DNA of 61,995 bases, the filler included, from Stramenopiles sp. TOSAG23-2 (lineage: Eukaryota): the NCBI GenBank assembly GCA_900128395.1. It is 23 parts of 23 records of this genome, joined end to end, with 100 filler letters (N's around TTAATTAATTAA, not from the genome) between each part and the next. Parts side by side here need not be neighbours in the genome. Positions count along the whole stretch, not along the records: positions 1 to 2,619 come from LT651621.1; positions 2,720 to 5,336 come from LT651622.1; positions 5,437 to 8,052 come from LT651623.1; positions 8,153 to 10,768 come from LT651624.1; positions 10,869 to 13,478 come from LT651625.1; 18 more parts are not named here. The stretch is one strand, 5' to 3'. The notes under the pieces were generated by a model, which did no database searches, was not told the DNA's origin, and saw only the letters and a list, made by a program, of their open reading frames with translations. Shown piece after piece: positions 1-11,784 of this stretch (its first letter is position 1; every line of letters starts with the position of its first letter). A program made the translations under genes and the position numbers.

Positions 1-223
1 GCCAAATTCAAATTTAAATAAAAATAATCACCAATATGATTACTTTAGCTATCTTAGAACAACGCCTGCTTCAATTTCCATACTTCGATGCATGTTTGGT
101 ATGTTTATTTTCGATCATTATCAACCCGATATTTATATTTCCTATCAAAACACTACGAATAAGTATACAAATAATAAATCGATTTGGTGTATTTAATATT
201 TTATATTTTCTGTTGCATTTTTT

Positions 224-2053
224 TTAGTGACGCACATTACCACTATTATAAAATGTAATATTTCCATTTTCTTCCTCACTTGTATATTCAAAACGATCGC
301 TGTCACTACGACCAAATGCATTATAACGACTTATTTTCTTATTGCTACCATAACTATTATAATTATTAGGTAAATTATACAATTTACCTTTATTTGTATG
401 ACGCTGTGGTTGTTTTTTTATCTTTTGTTGTCGTTGTATTTTTTGTTGAAATGGAGATGAAAATTGTTTAAACGTATTATTTGTGCTTAATGTTCGAAGA
501 GGTGACAAATGATGTGTTGTTTCGGGTCTTTCATATGATGTGTTATTATTATTATAATTGTAGGTCAGTTGTTGTTTATTGATATTTTGAAACATAATAG
601 ATGCTTCCATATCTTTCTCCTCCTCCTCTTTTTGTTTATCCAATGAAGATACTTTCGTAATAGGGTTTGGATTGGAATATTCATATATACCTGTTGGTGG
701 AGCTAAATGGTGATAATGTTGATTATCCTTTTCAATACGTTCATCATCATCTTCTTCTTTTTCTTCATGCTCACTATCGCTACTACTGCTACTGCTACTG
801 CTGCTATCTTCTTCATCATCATCTTCTTTCACTGCAATATCATCTTCATTTTGGTGAGTTTTACGATATTGCTTGGAATATGAATTTAATTTATTCAATT
901 TATGTGGATTCCAATGCCCACTTCTATGTAAACCATTTGAACGATCTGTTTCAATTTCTTTTTCTAATTCAGCGTTCATTTCTTCTTGTTCATCAAATTC
1001 TCGAGACCATTTAACAACTTTTGGTGTACCACCATCTTTGTCACGTAATACTTTTTCAACCCCATTACCATACACGGAACGTATTACTTGTTTTTGTGGG
1101 GATAAACTAAATTCTCTAGCAAATTTATCTACGCTGTTTTTTGTCTTTTTCTTCGTTTTAATACTTAAATTATTCTGATTTGGATTTGATAATTTTTTCT
1201 TCTTCTTCTTTGTCATTTCGTGTTTTTCTGGAGAGGTCAAATCATTTCCAATTGGTATACTAGCTCTGTTTCTGTTGCTTTTATTATTTCTTATACGTCT
1301 AATTTTTCTAGACACCCATTGTATAATAGGTGCAAAATAAAATCGTAAATAACCAATTCGATGAATGTGCTCATGTTTCAATCTCAACATCCGTCGTTTC
1401 TCTGCCCATGCATCTGCTTTTTCTTGATCTTTCTTTGCTTTTTTTCGTCTAATAGCAAGTTTATGGCGCCTATTTTCCCACCACGCTTTACCTAAAATTT
1501 GATGCATCATATGAGTTTGCATTTGCCATGCTGGATATGTCATCATAGGATTATTATTCAACATGGTATTGAATTCTTCAAAATCTAATAGTCCATCTTT
1601 GTTCGCATCTGCATTTTTCAATGCTTTCCTCCATGCTTTGAGAGTATTTGTATATTTATGACCATCATGAAATAAACATTTTTCCAAATTTTGTATTTCA
1701 TTTTTATCAATAAAACCATTGCCATCTGTATCAAAAGCAAAGAAACAATATTTAAACATATGAGCTTTTTCAAACATGCAATATGTTGTCACTGCAGCAA
1801 CAAATTCTGAAAATATCAATGATTGATCACTACCACAATCACATAGACGAAATATCCCATCTACAAATTGATTATTTAAATCTTCAACACCACAAAATTT
1901 ATAAAATTGACGTACCGATAGTTGACTGGTTGAATTTTTATATTTTTTAAAAATCCTCCAAAATTTCAATTTATCATTATATGATAAATCCAATAATTCT
2001 TCCAATTTGAACATCCGTTCATCATTTTCCGGTGGGATAGATCGACGAAACAT
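224..2053 (-). CDS. EF-hand calcium-binding protein (calcineurin-B/NCS-like N-terminal half) with a long low-complexity tail
   Basis: EF loops DTDGNGFIDKNE and DANKDGLLDFEE, degenerate DCGSDQSLIFSE; complete 609-aa ORF. Confidence 0.85.
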   Translation of the reverse strand: MFRRSIPPENDERMFKLEELLDLSYNDKLKFWRIFKKYKNSTSQLSVRQFYKFCGVEDLNNQFVDGIFRLCDCGSDQSLIFSEFVAAVTTYCMFEKAHMFKYCFFAFDTDGNGFIDKNEIQNLEKCLFHDGHKYTNTLKAWRKALKNADANKDGLLDFEEFNTMLNNNPMMTYPAWQMQTHMMHQILGKAWWENRRHKLAIRRKKAKKDQEKADAWAEKRRMLRLKHEHIHRIGYLRFYFAPIIQWVSRKIRRIRNNKSNRNRASIPIGNDLTSPEKHEMTKKKKKKLSNPNQNNLSIKTKKKTKNSVDKFAREFSLSPQKQVIRSVYGNGVEKVLRDKDGGTPKVVKWSREFDEQEEMNAELEKEIETDRSNGLHRSGHWNPHKLNKLNSYSKQYRKTHQNEDDIAVKEDDDEEDSSSSSSSSSDSEHEEKEEDDDERIEKDNQHYHHLAPPTGIYEYSNPNPITKVSSLDKQKEEEEKDMEASIMFQNINKQQLTYNYNNNNTSYERPETTHHLSPLRTLSTNNTFKQFSSPFQQKIQRQQKIKKQPQRHTNKGKLYNLPNNYNSYGSNKKISRYNAFGRSDSDRFEYTSEEENGNITFYNSGNVRH

Positions 2054-2619
2054 GTTTTTTAATTTACTATTTTATTATTTAGATACTTGTTCTTGGTATA
2101 TATATATATATATCTCCTGTGTATATATACGTGTGTTGGTGTGTTTCTATTATATGGTGTTCCATCTCTATAATATTTTTTATTTTATTGTTGAACCTTC
2201 GCGTGGCTATATTATTTGTCCAACGTTCATACTTAATGGTATCGCCATGCTATTAATTATTAAAATATGCAACTTTCAGCAACAACAACATACAGGTAAA
2301 TTACCAAAAAAAATTATTGAAAAATATTAGTACAGGAGAGATAATAGGTAATTTTACACTACCGTTTTTTTACCGATACAGTACGAATATTTTGCGAATC
2401 CCATCCACATCATCTACATTTTAAATTTCGCGCAATAAATATATATTATATATATATTATTGCTCCATCACAACGGTATATATAGAATATATAGTTCTAT
2501 CAACCGTTTTGTTTGTGGTAAAGCAAATATACTAGGTCCATCTATATACGTGTGTACGTATACTTATATCAATAAATAAATAATTGTGTATATATATATA
2601 TATATATATATAGATTGTA

Positions 2620-2719
2620 NNNNNNNNNNNNNNNNNNNNNNNNNNNNNNNNNNNNNNNNNNNNTTAATTAATTAANNNNNNNNNNNNNNNNNNNNNNNNN
2701 NNNNNNNNNNNNNNNNNNN
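2620..2719. other. Artificial contig-joining spacer N44-TTAATTAATTAA-N44. First of 22; the others start at 5337, 8053, 10769, 13479, 16187, 18895, 21599, 24303, 27006, 29709, 32412, 35115, 37814, 40512, 43209, 45903, 48591, 51276, 53961, 56640, 59318
   Basis: Identical 100-bp unit with stops in all six frames; the intervening contigs do not increase in length along the window; genes are cut at the spacers. Confidence 0.99.
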
Positions 2720-2901
2720 TTGTGTAGTATACTTAAACACTATATTACCTATCAAATACACAAATTAATCTAAAACTCACACACTCGAAACCTGAAAACC
2801 GATTAATTTGTATGTTTCATAGCTAATATAGTGTTTAAGTATACTAATCAAATTGTACTAAAAATCGGTGACTAGCCGGCACAGTAAAAATTATATCAGG
2901 C
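2720..2901. mobile_element. Fold-back MITE, diverged copy, left end cut by contig start
   Basis: Same arms and central spacer (aaaactcacacactcgaaacctgaaaacc) as 8859-9092 and 31343-31574; right end ttatatcaggc followed by TA. Confidence 0.85.
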
Positions 2902-3088
2902 TAGTAGTATAAATTGCTTCCGTCGCGTGGGAATTTATGATAATTATCCAGAGTACGAATGATTGTACTTGAATCTGATATTTGATAGGAAGACAGAAAG
3001 GATCGATCGTCGTTAAAAACAACAACAATTTTTGCCCGTTGGGGCATTTTTTATTAATAAAATATACATGTACACATCTCCATACATG

Positions 3089-3684
3089 CATTACATATAT
3101 ACGCACAGGACAAATAGTTCTAAAGAAGAAGATCATCATTACTGTAGGTAGGGTTAGCATTTCCACATATATATTAACATTCGTATACAATTTTTTAATC
3201 GTGCATTTACACACATTACATATATATATCTACGCACAGGACAAATAGTTTTAAAGAAGAAGATCATCATTACTGTAGGTAGTGTTAGCATTTCCACATA
3301 TATATTAACATTCGTATACAATATTTTAATCGTGCATTTACACACATTACATATATACGCACAGGACAAATAGTTCTAAAGAAGAAGATCATCATTACTG
3401 TAGGTAGGGTTAGCATTTCCACATATATATTAACATTCGTATACAATTTTTTAATCGTGCATTTACACACATTACATATATATATCTACGCACAGGACAA
3501 ATAGTTTTAAAGAAGAAGATCATCATTACTGTAGGTAGTGTTAGCATTTCCACATATATATTAACATTCGTATACAATATTTTAATCGTGCATTTACACA
3601 CATTACATATATACGCACAGGACAAATAGTTCTAAAGAAGAAGATCATCATTACTGTAGGTAGTGTTAGCATTTCCACATATAT
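3089..3684 (+). repeat. Tandem array of about 4.7 units alternating 131 and 125 bp (256-bp dimer)
   Basis: Unit core gacaaatagtt(c/t)taaagaagaagatcatcattactgtag starts at 3109, 3240, 3365, 3496, 3621. Confidence 0.95.
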
Positions 3685-4778
3685 GTGGAGAAAACACATG
3701 TTGCTTGTGCAAGATCTATGCTATTATTTTGCCAACAAGAAGAAAATAGATTACCAATTATAGAACAAAATGGCGTGAAAATTGCAAATTTATTAGGTTG
3801 TACAGAGTTAGGACGACGAATTTCCATTAGATCTTTAACACTATTAGCATTGAGTAACTCACCACACGCAAGTGCAAGTCTGATAGAATCCGGAGCAGTA
3901 TTGGAAATGGGTCATATGATTGGAATAATAGATGAAAATGGATTGCGTGTAGAAAGCAGGTAGAAAGTGGACCAAATCGTAGCGCATCTACTGCAAAAAA
4001 AGATAATGAAAATGAAGATGATAACGAGGAAGATGCAAATGGTAGTGGAAATGATTCATTAGGTATGTCCAGGGTCATAGATATTACTAGAAAACACATT
4101 GGAAAGTATACGCGTTTGCCAAGATCTAACGTTGCGAAGGAAAAATTGCGAAAAATGCGATTAGCGGAAAAACCAAAGCCGGTAATCTACAAGCGAAAAG
4201 GTTTACCTTCTAAACCTGCTATTGATTCGCCACCAACGGCAACGACAACGAAACCAAGTTCAGATAATGACGATAGTAATAGACGAAATACAACATTATT
4301 TCCACCATTAAACGGTGGTGGTGGTGGCCACGAAGAACGTAAGAAACAATTTTTACATCGATCATTTTCAATGCCAACGATTGAGACGTATCCGGGTAAT
4401 TCAGATTTCGGGCAACATTTGATGCAACAGCCACGGATGATCACGCCAGGGCCACCAATCAAAGCACCGATAGAACAGCCTTTAAGCGTTCAATTTAGGG
4501 ATACGGGAAGCTTTTTAAAGCATTTAGATGGTGTTTTAGGAGTTGATGTTGCACCAAGTAATAGTAGTGTACAATCATTATCGGTTTCATCATTATCCTT
4601 ATCAACTAGTGATCATCATGTTGATAATAATAATAATAACAATACGAAGCAACCGGTGATGGCGGGTAAAACGTTAGGTAATAGCGTAAAAATTGGAACA
4701 AAAAAGAAACAACGTAAGGCAAAGACGAGGGATAAAGGTGAATGGCCATTTGTTGATGATTCTGGTGGTTTTGAGTAG
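3685..4778 (+). CDS. 3' part of a helical (ARM-like) repeat protein with a disordered tail; frame interrupted by an 11-nt insertion at 3949-3959
   Basis: ORF 3685-3963 and the frame running 3960-4778 fuse in frame if gtagaaagcag is removed; ARM-like pattern LPIIEQNGVK...SLIESGAV. Confidence 0.6.
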
Positions 4779-5189
4779 AAAGATGGGGGGCAGTTGTTTA
4801 GATTGAATATTGCGAGATGTTTAACAGCAGGGAGAACAAGAACGAGAGAAGAGAGAAATACTTTTTTAATAAAAATTATGGTTAAAATCTAAGTTACACG
4901 AACGTAATTATTTTACACTTCTCGTGTTAAGTAAATATGCTCAATACTCAATCGCAAGAATAATATTTTATGCTACTATAGTAAAGCACTCTCTAATGCT
5001 TTTTTATATACGACGTAAAATCTACGAGTACCACATTTAGAGATATTAAAAAATAGGTGGTATAATGTTTCCATAATAATTTTACTTCCCATCATATTAT
5101 AACATATCATATACTCGTACGTGTATCACAGTAATACGCACCGGTTCACCGATTTGTAATATATATGCACATTTTATTTTTTCCATTTT

Positions 5190-5336
5190 TCATAGCAACA
5201 TCGTTGCATCCAATTCCCCATCGCAAATTGGTGGACGTGCACTTATTGTTTGTTCTTGTTGTACAGCAACTACACCTTCTATCAACAATGCATTCCGTGC
5301 TCGTTCCACAAAAGCAAGTACAGGTTCTTGACGACT
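5190..5336 (-). CDS. 3' end of an unidentified gene (partial)
   Basis: Open frame from contig end: SRQEPVLAFVERARNALLIEGVVAVQQEQTISARPPICDGELDATMLL*. Confidence 0.45.
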   Translation of the reverse strand, partial: SRQEPVLAFVERARNALLIEGVVAVQQEQTISARPPICDGELDATMLL

Positions 5337-5436
5337 NNNNNNNNNNNNNNNNNNNNNNNNNNNNNNNNNNNNNNNNNNNNTTAATTAATTAANNNNNNNN
5401 NNNNNNNNNNNNNNNNNNNNNNNNNNNNNNNNNNNN

Positions 5437-5788
5437 AAATAGTGAGCGTGGATTTCCATTGATTGCAATGTCGGAAGATGCATCTAAGGTTATGAAAGAT
5501 GTTACAACTGGATCTTGTGTCCTGCGATTAAATACAAATGAATTTACAAGTGAAGAAGAAATGAATAAAGCGGGGATACCAAGTAATTTTAGTATCGTAT
5601 GCTGGCGTGGCGATGTTGCATTATCACCTTTAGTTCAAAAAAATGAAAAAGCTAGTTTATACAATCAAATAGTTTCAGCTGGAAAGGCACTTGGTAAAGA
5701 AATATTAGATTTAAAAGATTTTGTATACCCAGAGAAGGTACAGAAAGCGGGCGATGAGTTATCCGCGTGTAAAAAGGAACAAAGTTAA
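5437..5788 (+). CDS. NSUN2: tRNA m5C methyltransferase NSUN2/Trm4-like, C-terminal fragment
   Basis: GSCVLR...IVCWRGDVALSPLVQKNEK resembles the NSUN2/Trm4 C-terminal GSxVL...WRGxxSxxxxVxKxE pattern. Confidence 0.65.
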
Positions 5789-6301
5789 AGATAAATCTTT
5801 AATAAATAAAGTCAAAAATTTTATGTGGTGTTATAATAGCTTCTCTTTGATAGTGTTTTATATTTATATTAAGTATAATTTTAGTGTATTAAAGTTTTTT
5901 GCATTTTGCCTATATAACAGCACCACAGGCAGACCACAGCACCACAGCAAACAAAAAAACAAAGTTCCAAAAGAGCACAAAACAAAAAATGACATCAGCC
6001 AGCCTTACCACCGGGTGGTAGGCCAGGACAGTCAGGAAGCTGCTGGGATGCAGCGTGAGCAGTTATTTTTTTTTCTTTTATCTCATCATATATTAATAGT
6101 ATTCCAGGGATTAATAATATATAGTAGCTTTTTTTATTATTATTCTACAGACTTTTACTTTATTAAAATTCTTTTTCATACAGACATCATACATGTATGC
6201 ATTTGATTTATGTAAGGTTCAAATTATTTTACCCACGAAACTAGTCACCTATTTGTAATACACGTATAAATATAGTTTTTGTTTTATCCATAAATATAAT
6301 A

Positions 6302-7834
6302 ATGTCGGCGAATTTAAGACTTACTGGACAACAAGCGACATTAACCGTTCATAGTATGTTAAGTAGAACGAATGGTCCCAATGCTAATAAAGCAGGAGAA
6401 AGAGTTAACGTTGTTGTAAAGGTTGCTGAAAAAAGCCCGCCAAAAATCAGTGAACTAGGGATGTTTGACGATAGTGTACAGCTAAATTCTGATGATTTCC
6501 TGACAAGATTGGAGTTTGAATCTAAGCTTGAACTATTTTTACAAGCTCAAACTAATTTAGTGGCAGCATGCGAGAAGTTAAGACAAGAAAATCAACAATA
6601 TAGGCAAGAATATAAAAATTTGCAACGAAAAGTTTATGTATTAGAAGAACTTTTAAAAAACGATACGCAGATGACGACGCGTTACAATATTATGGATAAC
6701 TCGATATCTAACATGAATAAAGAAATTGGTAGAATACGGAAAGACGTCACATTTTTAAGTGAAGATCAAGATAAATGCAATACTACTATGAAACAAATCC
6801 AAAAGTCAATAAATGTTTTACATGATAAAATACAAAATAAAGAGTTTGAAAAAGCGCTTGTCCGTAGAGCAGTTAGCGCTGTGTTGAAGTCAAAGCAATT
6901 GTCAAAAATACAAACAAATGTCGCATACAATGTTGATAGTACTACAAACCTGCTACATCGCATTGACGCGGCCGAAAAAACTATTTCTAAATTACAAAAT
7001 ATTACGGAAGGTATAAAAGGTTTTCAAAAGACAATAGATCAAATAAAACAACGTACAACTTTATTAGAAACTTCCTCAACGCTTCGACCATTAGAATTAT
7101 TAGGCTTAGGAGAAGGTGAGGATGAGAAGAGTGATATTTCAGACGACGACGATGATGATGAAGGTTTAACTGTTAAGAGAAATTCAGATATATACAATAG
7201 ATTAGATTTGTTAGAAAAAGCTAATTTTAGCTTGCGCTTGGCATTGGGAGAAAAAGCAAATCGAAATTTTAAGAAAAATAAACTTTTACAACAGCAAATA
7301 AATATTATGCAGCAAAACGATCAATACCCAAATATAAATACAAATTTACAAAAACTGCAACTACAAATGAATGCTAACAATGACGCGATTGAAACTTTTA
7401 AAAGTATCATCAATAACTTAGTTATTGATGTAAGTGGACAAAAAGCAATACAAAACAAAGAAATTTTAAGATTAGATCGCCAATTGCGATTATCTAGCAT
7501 AATATCACCATCAAATAATAATAATAATAACAACAATAGCAATAGTAATAATACCTTTTCAGAAACAACAGCTATACCTAATTACATGAGACCCAAAGGA
7601 TTTAAGAGGTCGAAACCATCAGCATTTGCAAACCAAATTGTACTAGATAACCAAACATATAGTTTTAATCATTCCCCAGAAGTTTATCAAAATGGGCATC
7701 GGATATTATCATCTAAAGATCGTAATAATAATTATGGAAATTCATCGTCAAAAATACAAATAAGAATTCCAACTAGTAACAAAGAGAGGGAGCCGTATAA
7801 ACGCTCGAACGTAAAAATGGTACATACAGGTTGA
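6302..7834 (+). CDS. Coiled-coil protein of unknown function
   Basis: Complete 510-aa ORF, heptad-rich. Confidence 0.8.
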   Translation: MSANLRLTGQQATLTVHSMLSRTNGPNANKAGERVNVVVKVAEKSPPKISELGMFDDSVQLNSDDFLTRLEFESKLELFLQAQTNLVAACEKLRQENQQYRQEYKNLQRKVYVLEELLKNDTQMTTRYNIMDNSISNMNKEIGRIRKDVTFLSEDQDKCNTTMKQIQKSINVLHDKIQNKEFEKALVRRAVSAVLKSKQLSKIQTNVAYNVDSTTNLLHRIDAAEKTISKLQNITEGIKGFQKTIDQIKQRTTLLETSSTLRPLELLGLGEGEDEKSDISDDDDDDEGLTVKRNSDIYNRLDLLEKANFSLRLALGEKANRNFKKNKLLQQQINIMQQNDQYPNINTNLQKLQLQMNANNDAIETFKSIINNLVIDVSGQKAIQNKEILRLDRQLRLSSIISPSNNNNNNNNSNSNNTFSETTAIPNYMRPKGFKRSKPSAFANQIVLDNQTYSFNHSPEVYQNGHRILSSKDRNNNYGNSSSKIQIRIPTSNKEREPYKRSNVKMVHTG

Positions 7835-8152
7835 GTGAAAATTTACGTGTATCTAGCGAGTGAAATTAAAATAGGGGTGGATTTTACTGTTTTTACTTTC
7901 AAAAATATTGCGAGCTCGTACGAGTATTAATACACGCTGCTGCTGACAATTTTAGATCTTGATCATTTTTCCTTTTTTTTCACAATAATAAATTATACAA
8001 AAAATACGGAAGCTTTTATCATTAGTATTTTAAAGTACGACGCGTATTAAAANNNNNNNNNNNNNNNNNNNNNNNNNNNNNNNNNNNNNNNNNNNNTTAA
8101 TTAATTAANNNNNNNNNNNNNNNNNNNNNNNNNNNNNNNNNNNNNNNNNNNN

Positions 8153-8455
8153 AGTAGCAGGTTTTGATGTAGTCATACGTCGTCGTCGTTGTTGTTGTCG
8201 TTGTTGTTGTTTTGGATCGTTGTTATGTTTATATTGTTGTTGTTTTTGAAATTCTTGGTATGTTTTACTATTTTTAAAGATATTATTTATATTTTCAATA
8301 TCTGCTATTGTTGGCATGTACTTATTATAATTATTTCCATGTTGTTTGTTGTTGTTTTGATGAATAGTATTTGCATTTGTTGTTCTTAATAATGTGGATG
8401 TTGATATTGTTATTATTATTATTATTGTTATTATTGTTGTCAAATATTTCATCAT
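8153..8455 (-). CDS. N-terminus of a secreted protein (signal peptide, N/Q-rich), cut by the contig edge
   Basis: MMKYLTTIITIIIIITISTSTLLRTTNA signal-like start; frame open to contig edge. Confidence 0.65.
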
Positions 8456-8858
8456 TCTATGTTGAAAATGGTATATTTTGTATTATTATATTTCTGTATG
8501 TATATATCGCTAATTGGATATTTAATAAATTTGTGAAATTGTTTTATATATATAATATATAAAATTTATAATAAAAAAATTATAAATTCACAATTTTTTT
8601 TTAATTAATAATTTATTAGAATATATATATTGTTAATGAAAAAAAAACACCACCCGAAGAAGCAGAAGAATGGGGGAATAAATAATTTTTTGACGTAAGT
8701 TTGTATATATTGCGGTGTGAAACTATTAATGATCGCAATTGGTTTTTGATAAATAAAAATGAATGAAGAAATTTTAATAATTGCATTTCGTTATATCACA
8801 TTCATTCTCCTTTCTACATTTAAACGTAACAATATCCATATATATATACGTATATCCG

Positions 8859-9092
8859 CCCTGATATAATTTTTAGTGTGCCGGCCAGTCGTAAATTTTC
8901 GGTACAAATTTTTTGGTATACTTAAACACTATATTTAACTATCAAACACACAAATTAATCCAAAACTCAACCACTCGAAAACCTGAAAACCGATTAATTT
9001 GTGTATTTGATAGCTAATATAGTGTTTAAGTATAATAAACAATTTGTACCGAAAATTTACGACTGGCCGGCACAGTAAAAATTATATCGGGG
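8859..9092. mobile_element. Fold-back MITE, full-length copy (opposite orientation to the 31343 copy)
   Basis: ~100-bp imperfect TIRs (ccctgatataattttt...aaaaattatatcgggg); the 31-bp spacer is the exact reverse complement of the spacer at 31443-31473; no clean TA flanks. Confidence 0.92.
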
Positions 9093-10868
9093 GATATCTT
9101 TTTTGATTATTAATATTGAGATGATGACACTTACATTAACATATTCAGCACCACACAGCAGCTACCTATTAGGGTTTCATAAATGACCAAATAATGGCCA
9201 CGAGATATAGCATGAACACAGCACTCACTACAATTTGCTAGCATTTACACATCATTAATAATGCTATTCCATGCTAAGTTCAAAAATTGGCCGTACCAGA
9301 CACACAGCATCGGCTAAAAAACATCAATAAATTATATCGATACACTATTGGAAAATGGGTCTCACTATTTCCAGTAGCATGACATAGCATTACAACAGGG
9401 ACATATGACATATGACATATACCATTAGTTATATAAACTTAGCAATCTTGTAGCATTATAAACATTAGTATATATTTGATAGGTATATAATATTACTATA
9501 GCAGGTGAATACTGTGAACCAGGTTTTTGAACACGGCAACGATTGGCGATGGATTTTGCATTAAAAAAAATCAATTACATTTCAGGAATTTTTATCATCT
9601 AAAAATAATCATCAAAAAACTATTAAAATAGCGTTGCTAACTACTAATTATCGGATATTATTATTCCTCTCCGACTCTAAATAGTCAGTTTTATCACTCG
9701 ATTTTCACCTATCAAAGGACACCTAATTTATACTTGAATGTCGAAAGGGCCAATTAGTATAGACACAGCAAGTAAACACTCAAGAACTGTTAAAAAATCG
9801 ATTTTTTTTATTATTTGAATTTTAAATCTCTCTTTTTTGAAGAGAATGAATGGTATGTCCATGCTATGGCACCATTTCTTCGCGGGCAAAGACCACCAAT
9901 ATAATGCTATACCATGCTAATGTCGTTAAAACTACCTTTTGGTGAAGTGATAAAGGGGTCGAATAGGTGTGAATGGGGTTGATTTATTGCGTCCAAATAT
10001 ATTATTAAAATAGATTATTTATAAACATATAACAATACGAATAACATGAATAACAATACGAAACAATATACCAATAGACGATAATTATTGACATTAAAAA
10101 GTAGCACATCCTCAGATATATATAAGTTAAAAAGGATGAAAATATAAAAACATAGACGTGTAACAGAAGAAGTAGAAATATAAAAACAAACAAACAACTA
10201 AACATTAGTGAACTGTAAGTATAATTGATATACTTTTATCAGTATTTCTATTTTTTTTGCGCACGTGCAGGAAAAGTAGATACACGATAAATGATTTCTA
10301 TCTTATACGTTGAATGATTGTTCTATCTAAAGTTTAATTAGACAATTAGTTTGAAAATCCCAGAAATATAGAGTAGTTATACGGAGGTTTTTTTGGAAAC
10401 CAATGATGTATGAGAAATATATTTAATACATACATGTATAAATTTTAATAGGGAAACTAATTCAGATGGATATTTCTTTCTTCTACTACCTATACATATA
10501 TATATACATACATAAATGGAAATATGCATTTAAAAGTTCTTTCATAAGAAAGAAACAACAATATTGTTGAAAATTTGAATGTCGCGGATACCATTTCACT
10601 TTTCTTTTTCCTCCCATCCACGGCTATTTCCAAGCAAACAACCAATATACATACATACAATACGACCAACAAAAACATACTAACATTAATACATATATAC
10701 ACAACAGTTATTGAAAATATATTTTATAAACAAATTCAAACAAAACAAACAAATATGGCAAAAACACCNNNNNNNNNNNNNNNNNNNNNNNNNNNNNNNN
10801 NNNNNNNNNNNNTTAATTAATTAANNNNNNNNNNNNNNNNNNNNNNNNNNNNNNNNNNNNNNNNNNNN

Positions 10869-11784
10869 TGCCAATGCTTTTTGCCTCCTTTTCTTCGCAT
10901 CTTCCTTTGCCTCTTCCATTTGTCCCACCACTATTACTGTTACTATTACTGTTACTATTACTGTCGGCATTTGGAAAGAATTTAACAGTTGTACTACCAA
11001 AGTTCCAAGCATTTAATTCTTTTTTTGGAATACAAGTTTTAGATCCGTAAATATGAGCAGGCAAGCCATCAGTTCCAACCTCAAAAAAACCATCTGAACC
11101 ACCTGTATCATCACATTCACATACACCTTTCGCATTTAAGGTCATGTTTGGATGTGGACATGCATGGCAATTTCGCAGATCATTATCAATTACATATTGC
11201 CGACCTGGACACGGACTGCAAGTTTTACTTGCAAGGAATGTATCTGTCTCTAAATCTTTTTCTCTCAAGTAATAAGTAGTTGAACCGGCCAAGGTATTAC
11301 CATGGCATACACATTCTTTTGATATTGAGTCGTATATCGCACTTGATGCTGTTAATGCTGACGCCTCAGTCTGGTTTGTTGTTGTATTGTAGGTACCTTG
11401 TGTACACGACATACATCTTGACTTGTCTTCCGTTGGCGCAGAATTAACTGGGCACGCTTCACATGTGAAATCAGGTACAATATCATAATCTCTACTAGAT
11501 GTTGCCAAGCGTGTTGTTGCTACTTTTATGTATCCAGCTCGACAAGTACAGCTTATAGGATTTCCTCTTGGTCCTAGCTTTGTAAGATCAGGTACCTTAT
11601 TAGCGTAATCATTTGTCTGTTCACTAATGCATGGTATACACCTCAATATTGTCACATCAAAATATTCACCCTTATCTACATCGCATATTCTTTGAATATC
11701 TACATGTTCAACTGCTGATACGGGCGTTGGTAATAAACAACATGCCACAAGAAGGGTAAATAAAATGGCAGAAACGAGTTTCAT
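10869..11784 (-). CDS. TMEM67: Meckelin/TMEM67 (MKS3), N-terminal cysteine-rich extracellular part, partial
   Basis: Signal peptide, then C...EYFDVTILRCIPC, SCTCRAGY, CEACP...TEDKSRCMSC, YLREKD, CxxCP repeats typical of the meckelin cysteine-rich domain. Confidence 0.8.

Noticed and set aside
2664..2675. Regularly spaced TTAATTAATTAA palindromes as a biological repeat
   Set aside because: Artificial six-frame-stop linker embedded in N runs
3089..3684. CRISPR-like array
   Set aside because: The 'spacers' are near-identical to each other, there are no cas genes, and the context is eukaryotic
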